Program-made: the position numbers and the translations under genes
DNA from: Candidatus Omnitrophota bacterium
Lineage (GTDB): Bacteria; Omnitrophota; Gorgyraeia; Zapsychrales; Zapsychraceae
DNA length: 64,000 nucleotides
Direction of reading: 5' to 3'
Assembly (NCBI GenBank): GCA_029261055.1
Contig: JAJDCA010000044.1
Location: 77,867 to 141,866, forward strand
Notes under the pieces: model-generated
What the model was told of the DNA's origin: nothing
Databases searched by the model: none
What the model saw: only the letters and a program-made list of their open reading frames with translations
Part shown: piece after piece, positions 41,304 to 53,800 of the stretch
How the letters are laid out: each line of letters starts with the position of its first letter
Position numbering within the stretch: the stretch's first letter is position 1

Positions 41304-41785
41304 ACTTTGGCCTCAGACATTTTAAGGATGATATCTGTATTTTCACGAAAAGAGGCATTTTGGATCAAAAGTAATTTAAAGAAATGCAGGACAATCCCTA
41401 CAAATAAAAGACGATATCCCCATAGAGGAAAACGTCCCGTATCGACGGCTCCAGCCAAAACAACCAAAACCATCATGGCCAATAGGTTCATCATAAGAGA
41501 AGGGAATAGCTTTTTTTTAATCTGTTTCGTTCTTTCGTGATAACAAATGTCAATCTTATGTGCCTGCGTGTATTCTTTCACACTGATCCCTGTACCAACG
41601 AAAAAAAAGATATTTAGTGTTTCCGTAAAAAAATAAATGATGCTGAGGAGCAACATAATACTCATATGATTTACGGAGAAAATTGTAAATTGAAAAAAAC
41701 TTTGGGTAAGGGCAACGAGGAGAGCGATGCTGGTGAAAAAACTAAAAACATAACATAAAATCATGAAAAGCCACATTGTACACAA
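41300..41785 (-). CDS. hypothetical 4-TM membrane protein
   Basis: 161-aa hydrophobic ORF with FFFVGTG.SVKE. Confidence 0.7.
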   Translation of the reverse strand: MCTMWLFMILCYVFSFFTSIALLVALTQSFFQFTIFSVNHMSIMLLLSIIYFFTETLNIFFFVGTGISVKEYTQAHKIDICYHERTKQIKKKLFPSLMMNLLAMMVLVVLAGAVDTGRFPLWGYRLLFVGIVLHFFKLLLIQNASFRENTDIILKMSEAKV

Positions 41786-41794
41786 CTCACTAAA

Positions 41795-41890
41795 TAGTGG
41801 TTAGACCATTTGATTTTTTGATATTATTCAACATTAACAGCGATAAGCTTTAATTCTAAAATTGGAAAGAATTAATTTGTCTAACCACTA
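41795..41890. mobile_element. MITE-like element (96 bp, TA-bounded terminal inverted repeats)
   Basis: TAGTGGTTAGACCATTTGATTTTT ... AAAGAATTAATTTGTCTAACCACTA. Confidence 0.55.
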
Positions 41891-41893
41891 GTT

Positions 41894-41953
41894 AGTCATC
41901 AGACATCAGCTTTCAGCATTTATTTCTTTACCGACGACTGATGTCTGATGACT
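41894..41953. repeat. heptamer-periodic palindrome / possible terminator downstream of the ferredoxin gene
   Basis: AGTCATCAGACATCAG ... CTGATGTCTGATGACT. Confidence 0.75.
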
Positions 41954-41959
41954 TAAAAA

Positions 41960-42238
41960 TTAGTCCTTCGCTAACGGTTCTTTCTTCTCAGTAATCACAG
42001 GTAACTCAGCAGCCTTAGTGGCGTTAAGTTCAACGTAACTTTTCCATTGTTCTGGGGTATCTTCATCACTGAAAATAGCTTGAACAGGGCACTCAGGAAT
42101 ACATGCCCCACAATCAATACAAACTTCCGGATCAATCACAAGCATTTCTGCATCTTCGTGAAAACAATCCACTGGACACACGGTTACACAATCCGTGTAT
42201 TTACATTTTACACAAGGTTCAGCGACGATATGAGCCAT
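41960..42238 (-). CDS. fdxA: 7Fe-type ferredoxin
   Basis: [18 protein letters not shown] and [12 protein letters not shown]; GGAG RBS. Confidence 0.92.
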   Translation of the reverse strand: MAHIVAEPCVKCKYTDCVTVCPVDCFHEDAEMLVIDPEVCIDCGACIPECPVQAIFSDEDTPEQWKSYVELNATKAAELPVITEKKEPLAKD

Positions 42239-42403
42239 GAAAAATCTCCTTTATTTTTATTAAGTTGAATATTTTTACAGAATATATCAGTTAACCGTCT
42301 GTTTGTCAAATAAGGAGTTGTAAATAAATAACCATTGCATATTAGATACAATATATTGTCAATAAAGCAATTAAAGGTACCCTGGTTATTTATTTGCAAT
42401 CTC

Positions 42404-43930
42404 TTAAACTGCAGCCGTTTTTTTAGGCTTTGTGCTGTCAGGATTTGAATCATTCGACGGGGAATGCGCATCTTTATTTGATTGCTTAAAAATCTTTTTA
42501 AAAAAATAATCAACAAATGCTTTAAATCCATGCAACTTACGCAGGACGTCGCCGAGCGAACGAATAGAAATTAACATTTGCCACATTTGTTTCGGACGTA
42601 AATAAAATTCTTTTAATCCTTTATCAATGAAACCATCAATTTCCTGACTCGATAACTGAGGATAACTTAAAAGGGTTCGCTGTTCTTTAGCAGCGGTAAG
42701 CCATTCGCGCCAATCATTAGCTCTAAGATAATTATTTTCTTTAGCCCATTTATAAATGGAGGTGCCTGGATAAGCCGCTACGCCTGTAATTTGCACGGTA
42801 TCTAAAGGTAACGACTTGGCATAATCAATGGTTTTTTGCGCTGTTTCGTGTGTTTCCCCAGGAGCCCCTATCATAAAACAACCATGAATGGTAAATCCTA
42901 AATCATGGGCACGGTGCGCATAGGTCTTTGCACTGGCCACGCTGACGCCGCCTTTTTTAATGGCTTTAAGACCTTCATCATATCCAAATTCAAAACCTGT
43001 CATAAGCATACGGCAACCGGCTTCGCGCATTAATGGTAGGACCTCTAAATGCGTATCGGTCCGCATATTGCACGACCATGTGATCCGTTTATGCAAACCA
43101 CGTTTCATGATTTCATTACACACGTCTTTAACATGCGCTGGCGATGCGGCAAAGGTATCCGTTTCAAACATAATTTCACGAATTTGCGGATGAACTTTCA
43201 AACCATATTCCATTTCATCGACAACCTTATTTGCCGTGCGGTTACGTAATTTGTACCCATACATCAACTGGGGATCTCGGCAAAACGTGCACTGATTATT
43301 ACAACCGCGGCCTGTCACCAATGTAAGAAAAGGAAATTCTTTGCCCCCGTCGGGGTACCATTCCGGCTCAATTAATTGCCAGGCAGGAAAAGGAAGTTCA
43401 TTAACATCCAGCTGAGGTCGAGTAAGATTATGAACTACTTTTTCTCCATTCCACCACACCATGCCCAAAACTTTTGCCGGGGCCAACCCGCCCGCTAAGT
43501 CACGCAAAGTAAAATCATATTCACCCAGTAAAATAAAATCAACCACGCCAAGCCCAATACTAAACGTATTGTCTGGCTCTGCAGAAACATGCTGTCCTAC
43601 AAATGCAACTTTACAATTCGTGCGTTTTTTAATTTCTCTGGCTTGTTCAATATCATTGTAAATAGAAGGGGTTGTTGCATGGATAACTAATAGGGAAGGC
43701 GTATCTGATGCAGCAAGAAATTCTTGAACAATATCATACGATTGTTCCGGTGTAAAATTACGTGCAGCCGCTTCAATAAATGTAACATCATGCCCAGCGT
43801 CAATCAACACCTGTGCCGCCGTCAATAAATATTCCGGATGCCGCTGCACACGCCCACGCGATTTTGCTGCCCATCGCGCCACACGTACAAAGTCTTCACC
43901 AAAGGAAGGATTAAGAATAGAAATTTTCAT
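42404..43930 (-). CDS. B12-binding radical SAM protein
   Basis: GRGCNNQCTFC (CxxxCxxC); N-terminal cobalamin-binding-type region (TPS...D, VGQH, GEYD). Confidence 0.9.
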   Translation of the reverse strand: MKISILNPSFGEDFVRVARWAAKSRGRVQRHPEYLLTAAQVLIDAGHDVTFIEAAARNFTPEQSYDIVQEFLAASDTPSLLVIHATTPSIYNDIEQAREIKKRTNCKVAFVGQHVSAEPDNTFSIGLGVVDFILLGEYDFTLRDLAGGLAPAKVLGMVWWNGEKVVHNLTRPQLDVNELPFPAWQLIEPEWYPDGGKEFPFLTLVTGRGCNNQCTFCRDPQLMYGYKLRNRTANKVVDEMEYGLKVHPQIREIMFETDTFAASPAHVKDVCNEIMKRGLHKRITWSCNMRTDTHLEVLPLMREAGCRMLMTGFEFGYDEGLKAIKKGGVSVASAKTYAHRAHDLGFTIHGCFMIGAPGETHETAQKTIDYAKSLPLDTVQITGVAAYPGTSIYKWAKENNYLRANDWREWLTAAKEQRTLLSYPQLSSQEIDGFIDKGLKEFYLRPKQMWQMLISIRSLGDVLRKLHGFKAFVDYFFKKIFKQSNKDAHSPSNDSNPDSTKPKKTAAV

Positions 43931-43939
43931 ATTTATGTA

Positions 43940-44212
43940 CTAAAGAGAACGATAAGCCGTTCGCCTATGTTCAATATTATAAATCTTTATAAGACATTTT
44001 TCATGATAAATCCAATACAAAATACGATAATCTCCGGATCGCTCTTTGCATAAGCCTTTTAAATCATCCGGTAAATTAGAAAGTTGGTGGTGAATTATCT
44101 GATTGGCATTTTCGGATAACCAATCAATTTTCTGCACAACTCTCGATTGAATTTCTTTATCAATTTTTTTAAATGATTTTTGTGCTTCAGGAAGGATAAT
44201 TATTTGATACAT
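43940..44212 (-). CDS. RelE/ParE-family toxin
   Basis: AQKSFKKID...RSGDYRILY...IEHRR. Confidence 0.9.
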   Translation of the reverse strand: MYQIIILPEAQKSFKKIDKEIQSRVVQKIDWLSENANQIIHHQLSNLPDDLKGLCKERSGDYRILYWIYHEKCLIKIYNIEHRRTAYRSL

Positions 44213-44403
44213 ATTTCCTTCTTAAATTCTTTCCAACTTTTTCCTTTGCCTTGCAAATCATCTTCCCGGGATTTACGCATCCTTTTGATAAAAGATGGAT
44301 TATGCGCTAAAAGCCAATTTTCTAGGTCGCTTTTTGAAGATGCTGTCTGAAAAACAGCTATTGGAAAAGTTATTGTTTTAGTTGCTTTCTTAGTAGTTGA
44401 CAT
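44200..44403 (-). CDS. putative antitoxin
   Basis: 67 aa; NPSFIKRMRKSREDDLQGKGKSW; overlaps relE. Confidence 0.75.
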   Translation of the reverse strand: MSTTKKATKTITFPIAVFQTASSKSDLENWLLAHNPSFIKRMRKSREDDLQGKGKSWKEFKKEICIK

Positions 44404-44490
44404 TTTTATCTCCTTACATCACAAGAATAACATATTATTATAAAAAATCAATCATTGTTCATAATCTTTCCTTCATATTTTGTGATAATA

Positions 44491-44594
44491 ATACCAATTC
44501 CATTAAATAATGGCCATAATCCATTTGGCTTTTCTCGAACGCTTCTACGAGAATAGCCACTACCAAAAGAGGAATTATTTAATGGATTTGGTAT
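44491..44594. mobile_element. MITE-like element (104 bp)
   Basis: 21-bp inverted ends with one mismatch (ATACCAATTCCATTAAATAAT / ATTATTTAATGGATTTGGTAT) and an internal hairpin. Confidence 0.55.
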
Positions 44595-44680
44595 AATCAC
44601 ATAATACGTCCGAATAATGTGATATTATTCACGTTTTTGCATAAATAATTTTCTCAAATTTTTTACAAAAACTTTCCCAG

Positions 44681-44714
44681 AAATTGGCATTTCGCTAAAA
44701 AATATGGCATACTT
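44681..44714 (+). promoter_or_regulatory. putative promoter of paralog 3
   Basis: AAATTGGC...AAATATGGCATACTT (TGn-extended -10); the same motif and spacing occur before paralog 4. Confidence 0.55.
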
Positions 44715-44836
44715 GCAGTATCTATGAACAATTTACGTAAAAACTGTATCAAAATGGAATAGAAGAAATGCATCGATAAATCCGTCTACCCGTCGAGGAA
44801 CGAATAATAAATTACAATAAATAGGAGCCACGGACT

Positions 44837-47800
44837 ATGAATATTTATCTCGAAAAAAGAAAGACCTGTTTGCTGTACCGCATTCTTGCCGCTTTTATTT
44901 GTTTCACCTTTATTTTTAGCAGCATCATACCCCCACAAAGGGCCCAGGCCCAGGTTATGCCTACTTCAGGAACCATTTTGAATCTACCGGTGCCGGGAAC
45001 CATGGTACCGGCAACCGATGCCTACCAGCCACCGATTATCCGTGGCGTAGCGCTCAACCCGGAAGATCCTCTCAACCTTAATTTCATCATCGACCGTGGC
45101 GATAACAGATTGGAAGGCAAAGACTTAGAAAATGAATCCCAAAAACTTATCAAATATTTCCTGGCTGCTCTTACTGTACCGGAAGAAGAAATGTGGGTTA
45201 ACCTTTCCCCCTATGAAAGTGACCGTATCATCCCCAATACCTTTGGCGACACCGAGATGGGGCGCGACCTTCTAGCACAAGATTATATGCTTAAACAACT
45301 TACAGCATCACTCATGTATCCGGAAGAAGAATTAGGTGAAGATTTTTGGGCCAAAGTGTATGATCGCGCTTATGAAGAGTATGGCACCACCGATATTCCC
45401 ATGAATACCTTTAATAAGGTCTGGATTGTACCGGAAGAGGCCGAAGTGTATGAATATGATGCCAATGCTGTGGTCACCAAAAGCCGCCTCAAAGTCATGC
45501 TGGAGGAAGATTATGTGGCCTTGCAGAACAATCTGGGTGTCGATGAATTTGGCCTCAATAGCCTTTCTGCCGAAGATGCCGGCATTACCAGTGGCATTTC
45601 GTCTGAAGTCGTCCGCGAAATCATCCTGCCAGAAATCGAATGGGAAGTGAACCATGGCAAAACATTTGCCAACCTACGCCAAATTTACAACTCCATGATC
45701 CTGGCCACCTGGTACAAAGAAGCCCTGACAGAAAGTTTTTTAGGTCAAGTTTATATCGATCAAAACAAAACCGAAGGCGTGGACACCCAAGACAAACAGA
45801 TCAACCAAAAAATCTACAAACAATACGTCGAAGCCTTTAACAAAGGTGTGTATGACTATATTAGAGAAGATTATGACCCCACCACAGAACTGATTGTGCC
45901 GAGACGATATTTTTCCGGGGGAGCGGCAATGAGGACGAGTAAAAAATTAAACGTTATCGATATCGCGATGCTCCCTACTAGTTTTATTAATCGTGCTGCT
46001 GCTGGTGTAAGCGAATTACAACTACCAATACTTGAAGACACCGAAACCGTGCCGGACGATCTTACGGAAATGGATAAAATTGATCCTCTCGCTAGCGAAA
46101 GCGTGCCGGATTATCTTTCAGAAACAGATATCCCAGTACAGCCATTGACTCTCTCCGAAAAATTCTCTGAATTTACTAAATCTCTCGAGGGAGGAGATAT
46201 TGTCAGTGCTTCAAAAGAACTCGGAGAACTAAAAGGTCATATTGATAATCTACAGAATGTTGAACGTAAAAAAGTAGCTAAAAGTTTGAATAAAAAATTA
46301 AATAACTTTAAAAAACAACTTGATAAACTCGAAAAAATAAACAGAACTATTATAAAGAAAAGAGTCCGCGACATAAAAGATTTAAATGCTATGCCAATGG
46401 GCATAGAAAATAGCGAAGAAATTAACTATTTGATCAGCAAATTAGAAAATTTTCTGGCAACTGGAGAATTAAATTTAAAAGAATTAGAAGAATTCAAAAC
46501 ATCTTATAGCACCTCAGGGTTTAAAAGCATACGTGAATTTATTGCAAACCACCCCCGCCTAGAAAAAGGATCTAAACTTGCTGTTTTAACTGTTATCGCG
46601 CTAAGCACCGCCGTGTCCATGGGCGCTGCGGCAACTCAAAGTGAAAGCCCACAAGAATTTATCAAAAATTTAATTAATGTAGACACAGATCTAAACAACA
46701 CAGCCGTAGCTAATCTCCTTGAAATCCCTGAAATTAAAGAACTCGGCGAACGGTATCTCGCGGGAGAACTCACAGAAAAAGAATATGAAAGTCTAGCCGA
46801 AACCCTAAAAAATGGAAATCCAGAAATACAAAAACTTATTGTCACAATTTATCAAACCGCCCTTGCCCAAAATATCGATCTTGATGAACAGGGAAGCGAA
46901 GCCTTACAAGAAAACCAAAGCAACCCTCTAAGTCTCTTTGCACGTACAGAAAACTGGGTGTCCAATCAGCTTGATTCAGACCTTGAGGCTGGAGCACTTA
47001 CTGAGGATTCCCCTGCAAACATCCATACCTTAAATCCCCAAGAAGTGCGTAACGTTATGGATGGACTTGATGATATTGATTATGAAGAATCACCTGATGC
47101 AATTAAAAAAGCTATTAAAGTTGTAACTAATTATCTTAATTTGGACTCAACCGACCCTACTAACGATAAAGTTACTCAAGGTAATATTAAAATAGCTTTT
47201 AAAATTTTGGATAAAATTGTTGATCAGAATGAAAATAACATGACTCCTGATATGAAAGCAGCAACATCAGCAGATTTAATATCGTATATACAAGACTCAC
47301 AAAATTCAGCTGACAATATAATTTCTGCTATAAAATTGGTGTCTGAAATCGGGGGGGAAAATAATTTAGAAGAATTAAAAACATTTAATAAAGATTTAAA
47401 AAATAAATACGAGAAATCAGTAAATGAAGGCAAACAATTAGAACAAGAACTTAAACAACTTAAACGAAATTTAGATAATAATCCTTATCCCAAGGGGAGC
47501 TTCGCACGTGATATAGATCAAAATACTTACGATAATACATTGGAGAGTCTAAAAGTAAATCAAGATAATATTAAAAACTTAGATAAAATCATCGACACAA
47601 TGGGTGATGTTATTAACGACATAACTGAACGGGAAGGAATAGTTGATCACCAGAAGATTAACGAACTAAAAAGCCAAGAAACTAAACTACAAAAAGAAAT
47701 CGAACAATCAGTTTCAGAAGTCAAGCAATTAAAAGAAGAACTCAAGCAACTCAAACAAAATTTAGATAATAATCCTTACCCCAAGGGGGACTTCGCACGG

Positions 47801-50800
47801 GATATAGATCAGAATACTTACGATAATACAAAAGATGCGTTAGAAGATAAAGAAGGTGACTTAAAAAAACAGCAAGACCAATTAAAAGTTGTTGAAAAAT
47901 CACTTAAGCAAATTGAAAAAGGTAACCAAGGAGACGGACTACTAACGCGAGGAGTTAAGGCCGTTACAGGTGCAGCTAAAACTGTGGTTAATGTCATCAG
48001 CGGGGATGATACACAAGAATCACCCACCGCTGAGACAATAGAAAAAATACGTGCTGATTTACAGAAAAAGGCGTTGTCAGACTTAAGATCTAATGAATCT
48101 AGTGTCCGGCGTGCAGCGGTGAATCTACTGAGTGATATTGGAGACGAAGAGGCTATAAAAAGACTCGATAAAATAGCAAACAATGACACAAACCCTGTAA
48201 TCAAAATCGAAGCTAGTACAGCTTTGGATAACATACAAGAAAGAGCTGGTGAACCTCCTTCGACAATCGCTACCGATGAAGTTATCAAGCAACTTGAGTC
48301 TAAACTGCAGCAGCTGGAAGAAGACGCCCCCCTAAACCCAGATGGCACGACCAAGACATTATCAGACTTTCCCCATCCCGGGGGGACGAAGGCGAACTAC
48401 GGAGACTTTATGGAATATGGCCGACAACGTGCTGCCATCGATGAATTACAGTCACAGATTGACGACCTTAAAGAAATTCTTGCCTCATTTACCACCGCAT
48501 CTGCAGGCGGCGAAGCAGCCGGAGGAGGCGATGGAAGCGGTGGTCCAGATGATGATGATAAAAAATCTAAAGAAGCTTTGAAAACACTACCTTCTGTTTC
48601 ACAAATAACAAGTACGCATATAGCAAATATAGAAAATTCATCAGATGAATCGGTAAAACAAGAGTCTCTTAAAGTATTAACTCGTGCAGCTCTAGATGGC
48701 ATACTCTCTGAAAAAGATATTAAAAACGTGATAGCGACAATAGAGGAATTACCTACCCCGGATGGCATAATTGAAAAGGAACAGGCGTATACCATTAAGA
48801 TGCAAACAAAAGTTCTAGAACTTATGCAAGATATTTTAAACCGGATGGATTCTGATAATGATAGGCAGAAATCCCTGTCAACAGTAACAGAACTCAGCAA
48901 GTCTGATTTGGGAATACCTGCGAATTCTTCCGTAAACACACTTGGCACTGGCCAATTTGCTGGTAATATTGAGAACGTAAAGGATCTCTTTGTTGATAGC
49001 TTTAAAACGGCTGGAGACTCCTTGCCTGAATTAATGAAAATGTCTGCTTCCCCTACTAATACTCTTAGTAACCCACGCATTGGGAGTAGCTTTTTTTCAG
49101 AATCCGGCGTCGAAAAATTTGCTGACATTCCATTTGATTTAAATGATTCCTCCGACCGCTGGCTTCTCAATAAGGTTGTATCTTTTTTAGAAACAAATGT
49201 CATATCTTCCGATGTCGACGACTACTTCAAAACGAACATTATTAAAGCTTTAACAGCGTTAGGATTACCCCGAAGCATTGACGTTATATCCAGCATAGAT
49301 ACGACGGATATCGATCTAAAACAAGACATTGAAAAAACTATCACCACATTGCAACAACGCTGGGGAATAACTCCCCCCAGTAACATTGTTCCAGAAACTG
49401 AAGACCAGGCTAATACGAAACTGACAGAAAGACTTCATCAATTTGATAATTCTAAAGTTAGAGCCTTAACCCCAGACATCGTAAATGATGCTATAAAAGG
49501 AATGGATCATCCGGATAACGAAACAAAACAAACGGCCATACACATCATAGGGGACGTTTTGGGTTCGAAGATACCTGTCCCTGATGAGGTCATAGATAAA
49601 CTTATTGCAAGCACAGGCACCTCCACACCTGAACTGCAAGTGCCATCCTTTAAAGCGCTCTTTGAAGGAGCGCTAAACAATAAAATTTCGCAAGAAAATA
49701 TCGAAACAGTACAAAGTATGCCCTATGATCCAACCTCTGATGCGCAAAATAGAGATAGAGAAATTCTTATTGAAATTTATCAAGTGAAACAAAATATAAC
49801 GGATGTACAGATGAACAATGATGCACCGCTTGTTCAAAAAACAGCCATCACGGATTTAGAAGAAAAAATAAAAAAAACAACTGGTAGTAATATTCCAATA
49901 CTTAGAGATCGTCTAATACCCGAAGCCCTGGAAACCTTAGTGGCACAAACTTATAATCCGAATGTTGAGACCTCTGTTCGTGAACACGCTATCATCTCTG
50001 TAGGCAATCTAGCTGATTCAACTCCTGGTATTACGCATGAAAATTTTAAAAACTACATACCGGAAGGATCTAATAAGTCTATTGGAGAAACATTAACCTA
50101 TCTGGCAACAAATGATCTGGATGAAGGCGTTCAAAACGCAGCCAAGGAGGCTCTGAAAAAAATTGATCTTGTTTCGACTGCTCCAACCGTGATACTATCT
50201 CCAAAACCAGTAGAAATTCCCACACCAACAGAAAATGCAGAAATCAAAGCACAAATCAACGAAATATCCTCAATAGATCCTACAAATTTCACAAGCGATG
50301 ATATCACAGCTGTCGTAGCAGGAATTGAGCATCCTACAAAAGAAATACAAAAAGCAGCTGTGGAAAAGGCGGGGGACATAATTGAAAATAATAAAAAACC
50401 TCCTCAGCAACTGGTCGATGGATTTATAAAGAACCTAACAGATGATACGGGGAAGAATAATATTCCAATATATAATGAATTACTCAATGCCATAAGGCAA
50501 GATAAAGTACTTACCGACCAGGGTGATACTCTTCGTAAAATTGCAAACGATGATAATGATCCGCGCAGCTCTGTAGCAAAAAACTTTCATGATGATTATC
50601 TCTTGCACCAAGAAATTTTTAAATTATCCTCAGATTCATTAAAAGACAATAGTTTTGGGCGAACGACTATTATATACAATTTACAAGAATTTATAATTAA
50701 TAGCCAAACACTTGAGCACCTCTCGGGAATAGATGCTATTGCCAAGTTGGCAATTGACGATAGTAATTTCCTTGTGAGAGAAGTAGCCGTAACTGTTTTG

Positions 50801-53800
50801 GGCAGCCTCACCGATGTCGACAGGTTTTCAAATATTAAAGATCATAAACCCGAAGGAGTAGGTGGTACGATCGAAGATATTGTCAAAGCTATCGCAACCG
50901 CCAGCATTGAGTCAGGATTAACCAACGATGAAAAAGAAGCGGCCCAAGATCTAAAAACAGCGGCCCAGGAGGCATTAGTTAAGCTTCAATCATCTACTCA
51001 AAGCGCGAAACCGACAATAACACCGGGGCCGACAGAAACAGCATCGCCTACACCAACACCAGGACCATCCCCAACTCCAAACGCGACTCCAGATCCGACA
51101 TCAACTGATGATACGGCTAATTTAGAAAACTTTAATACTAAAATTTCAAAAATTAATGATGAGATGAAAATTTTTAAACATAAATATGCTAACAAGGATA
51201 TACCTGAAGCTGAAGCACAACAAATACAAATACTTTTAAAAGAAATGAAAAATCTTGTCAAAAATACAATAGAAAAAGGCAACGTAACTCCAGAAATGGT
51301 AGATCAAATAAATACTACTAGTAGTACATTTAATATTCACGGTGTTTTGAAAGTCGATTCGCATGAAGACTATACAGGAACACACGGGGAAAAATTAAAT
51401 ACAAATTTAGTTATATATCTAGATAATGACGGATATATTACTGCAGACAAAATTGAAATACCTGATCCTTCACCTACTCCGAGCGCAACACCGACATCAA
51501 CACCAATAGTGACACCAACACCAACTCCGGAAGGTAACATGCAGCTATTGGCGAACATATATGCAAACATGAAACCCAAGGATGCGGCAAACCTTATGTC
51601 TAACATGGATACTGAAACAGCAAAAAAAATGATCCCTTTAATGCCTCAAGAAAAAGTAACAAAAATTCTTGAATTGATGGATCCCCTACAAGCAGAAAAT
51701 ATCAATCCTCAAACAACACCAACCACGGAAGCAGAAATCGGCTCTAAAATTGACGATTTACTTGAGTCTCTTAGCAAGCCGATTGATGGTAAAAAAGATC
51801 CAAAAAATTATGGTACAGACAAAAAGCCCATGTTTGCCCTTTCTATCGTGGGAATTTCTCCTGACACGCAATCGCGAGAAAGCGTTATCGATGAACTTGT
51901 TGTATTGGCTAAGAATAACCCAGAGGCTACGAATCAAATATTAACGAAGCTTTTTGATCACAAGTATATCCAAAGTCATCTCGACAAAAACAATCAATCC
52001 TTAGCCCCCTTGATCAGTATACTTGAAAGAATTGATCCAGGATTAAAGCTGGTGGAGGATAAAATTCAAACGTTAATCAATTCACCAAACCTGGATGTTT
52101 CCACCGCTGGAAATATTTTTCTTCTCTCGCAAACCCTTGAGGTTAAAGGGATTTATGAAGAGTTTAAAAATGTATTGAGTGCAATAGACCGTTCAGACAC
52201 AAACAGTTTAAAAAACGATATAGAAGCACTATTGCGTGAAGTATTTCAATTTTTCTATGATGACAATCAAGACAAAAAGGATCTCCGCATTGAAAAAAAT
52301 GTACAAGATAATATTGTAAAAATTGGCAACCTACTCAAAGATATGGCAAAGCAGAATCCTGAGCAACTGACAAGCGCTAAGGCGTATGACATCATCGATA
52401 ACGCGGATTATTTAACCCTGGACGATAAAAATAGAATCAAAGCTCAAATTTCAACTGGGCAGGGTTATTATGCTATTGTATATTTACTTCTAGTCGGCGT
52501 CGTCGGCAGTATAAGCGGAGCTATTTTAATACAAAGAAAGAAATCTTTTAACAAAAAGCTAGCCGCTATCCATGACGCTATTGTAAAGGACAAACATTAT
52601 TTAACAGCCATAACTCTTTTTAATGATGAAAAATTTAAGGGCCGAAAACGCCGCCAAGTCATACAACATATTCAAACTATTGCTGATAATCAAAACAATC
52701 AGTTTGAACGTACTGTACAGTCACTCGCTCAAAGCATTTTGCAAGAAATTCAATCTGGCGGTGATGATAACGACCTTAAAAAAATTGTTGTTAAGACGCC
52801 TTCCAATACCTCAACTGATGGCGGAGAATCAGAGGAGAAAACTGCTGTAGACTTGATCTCTCGGGGAGAAACTCAAATTACTGAGGTACTGAACCTTGTT
52901 AGTACTTCAAAATGGACAAACGAGAAAGCGACTTGGATAAGAAGCAGTGCGGCACTTTTGCGTAAATTAAGAAATAATTTTGAAAAACAATTAACCTTAC
53001 TTAATCCCACAGATGCAAAAAAAGCAAAAATTATGTTAATGTCTCAACTTAAAACTCTTTCTAAATATTCAAACCTACAATGGACGAAAGAAAATTTTAA
53101 AAATGAAAAAAAATTCTTAGAATCAGTCGTTAACACTTATCAATCTTCGATTGAATCGAGCACACAATTTTCCATACATCAACAACAGCTCCAAACTATT
53201 AGTATGCTTAACACCTTATTCCTCTTTATGGGACGAACACATGAGTTGCCTCATTCTGAAATAACCTTAGAGCCAAAAGAGAAAATTGTGGATGGATTTA
53301 CAGGCTTACCACCAGAGGAAGTGACAGAAGTACATAAAGATATTTTCTCTATCCTCAATGATTGGGCGGTTGACACTGTTGTTGGTAAAGCAGCTTTAAA
53401 AGTACCGGGTTTTGCTACGAAAGACTCTGTTATTGGAATTGAATATAATGGAGAGGCCTTTGCTATTCGTATGAAAGAAAATAACAAGCATGAAGGTATA
53501 AATGTTGTTGTGGGTGGTAAAAAATTTATTGTCCCAGTATGTCCTCTTTGTCAATATGTCGCCTTTGACGCAGATGATCTTGCCAAAAACATGGGGTTTG
53601 AAGGAGAAGATGTGGTTGGCTTTGTTTCCGGACTTTTACGGCAAACTGGCCTTAATCATCCAAATGGTTTCGGTGTAATGCTTTTAGGTGAACGTAGTTC
53701 ACAAAATTTGATTTCCTTACACAAAAGAATGTTTCTCACCGGCCCTAACAAAGGAGAACCACTTAAGGTCCATCCAATTACACTCACAACATTAAATGAA

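Noticed and set aside
44684-44718. sigma54 promoter (TGGCA...TTGCA)
   Set aside because: The GG-to-GC spacing does not fit the -24/-12 rule; an extended -10 fits better.
47818-49203. Long antisense ORFs (178 and 268 aa) and the many other 60-140 aa shadow ORFs
   Set aside because: They lie inside well-supported genes and have the S/F/L-rich composition expected from reverse-strand codon bias.
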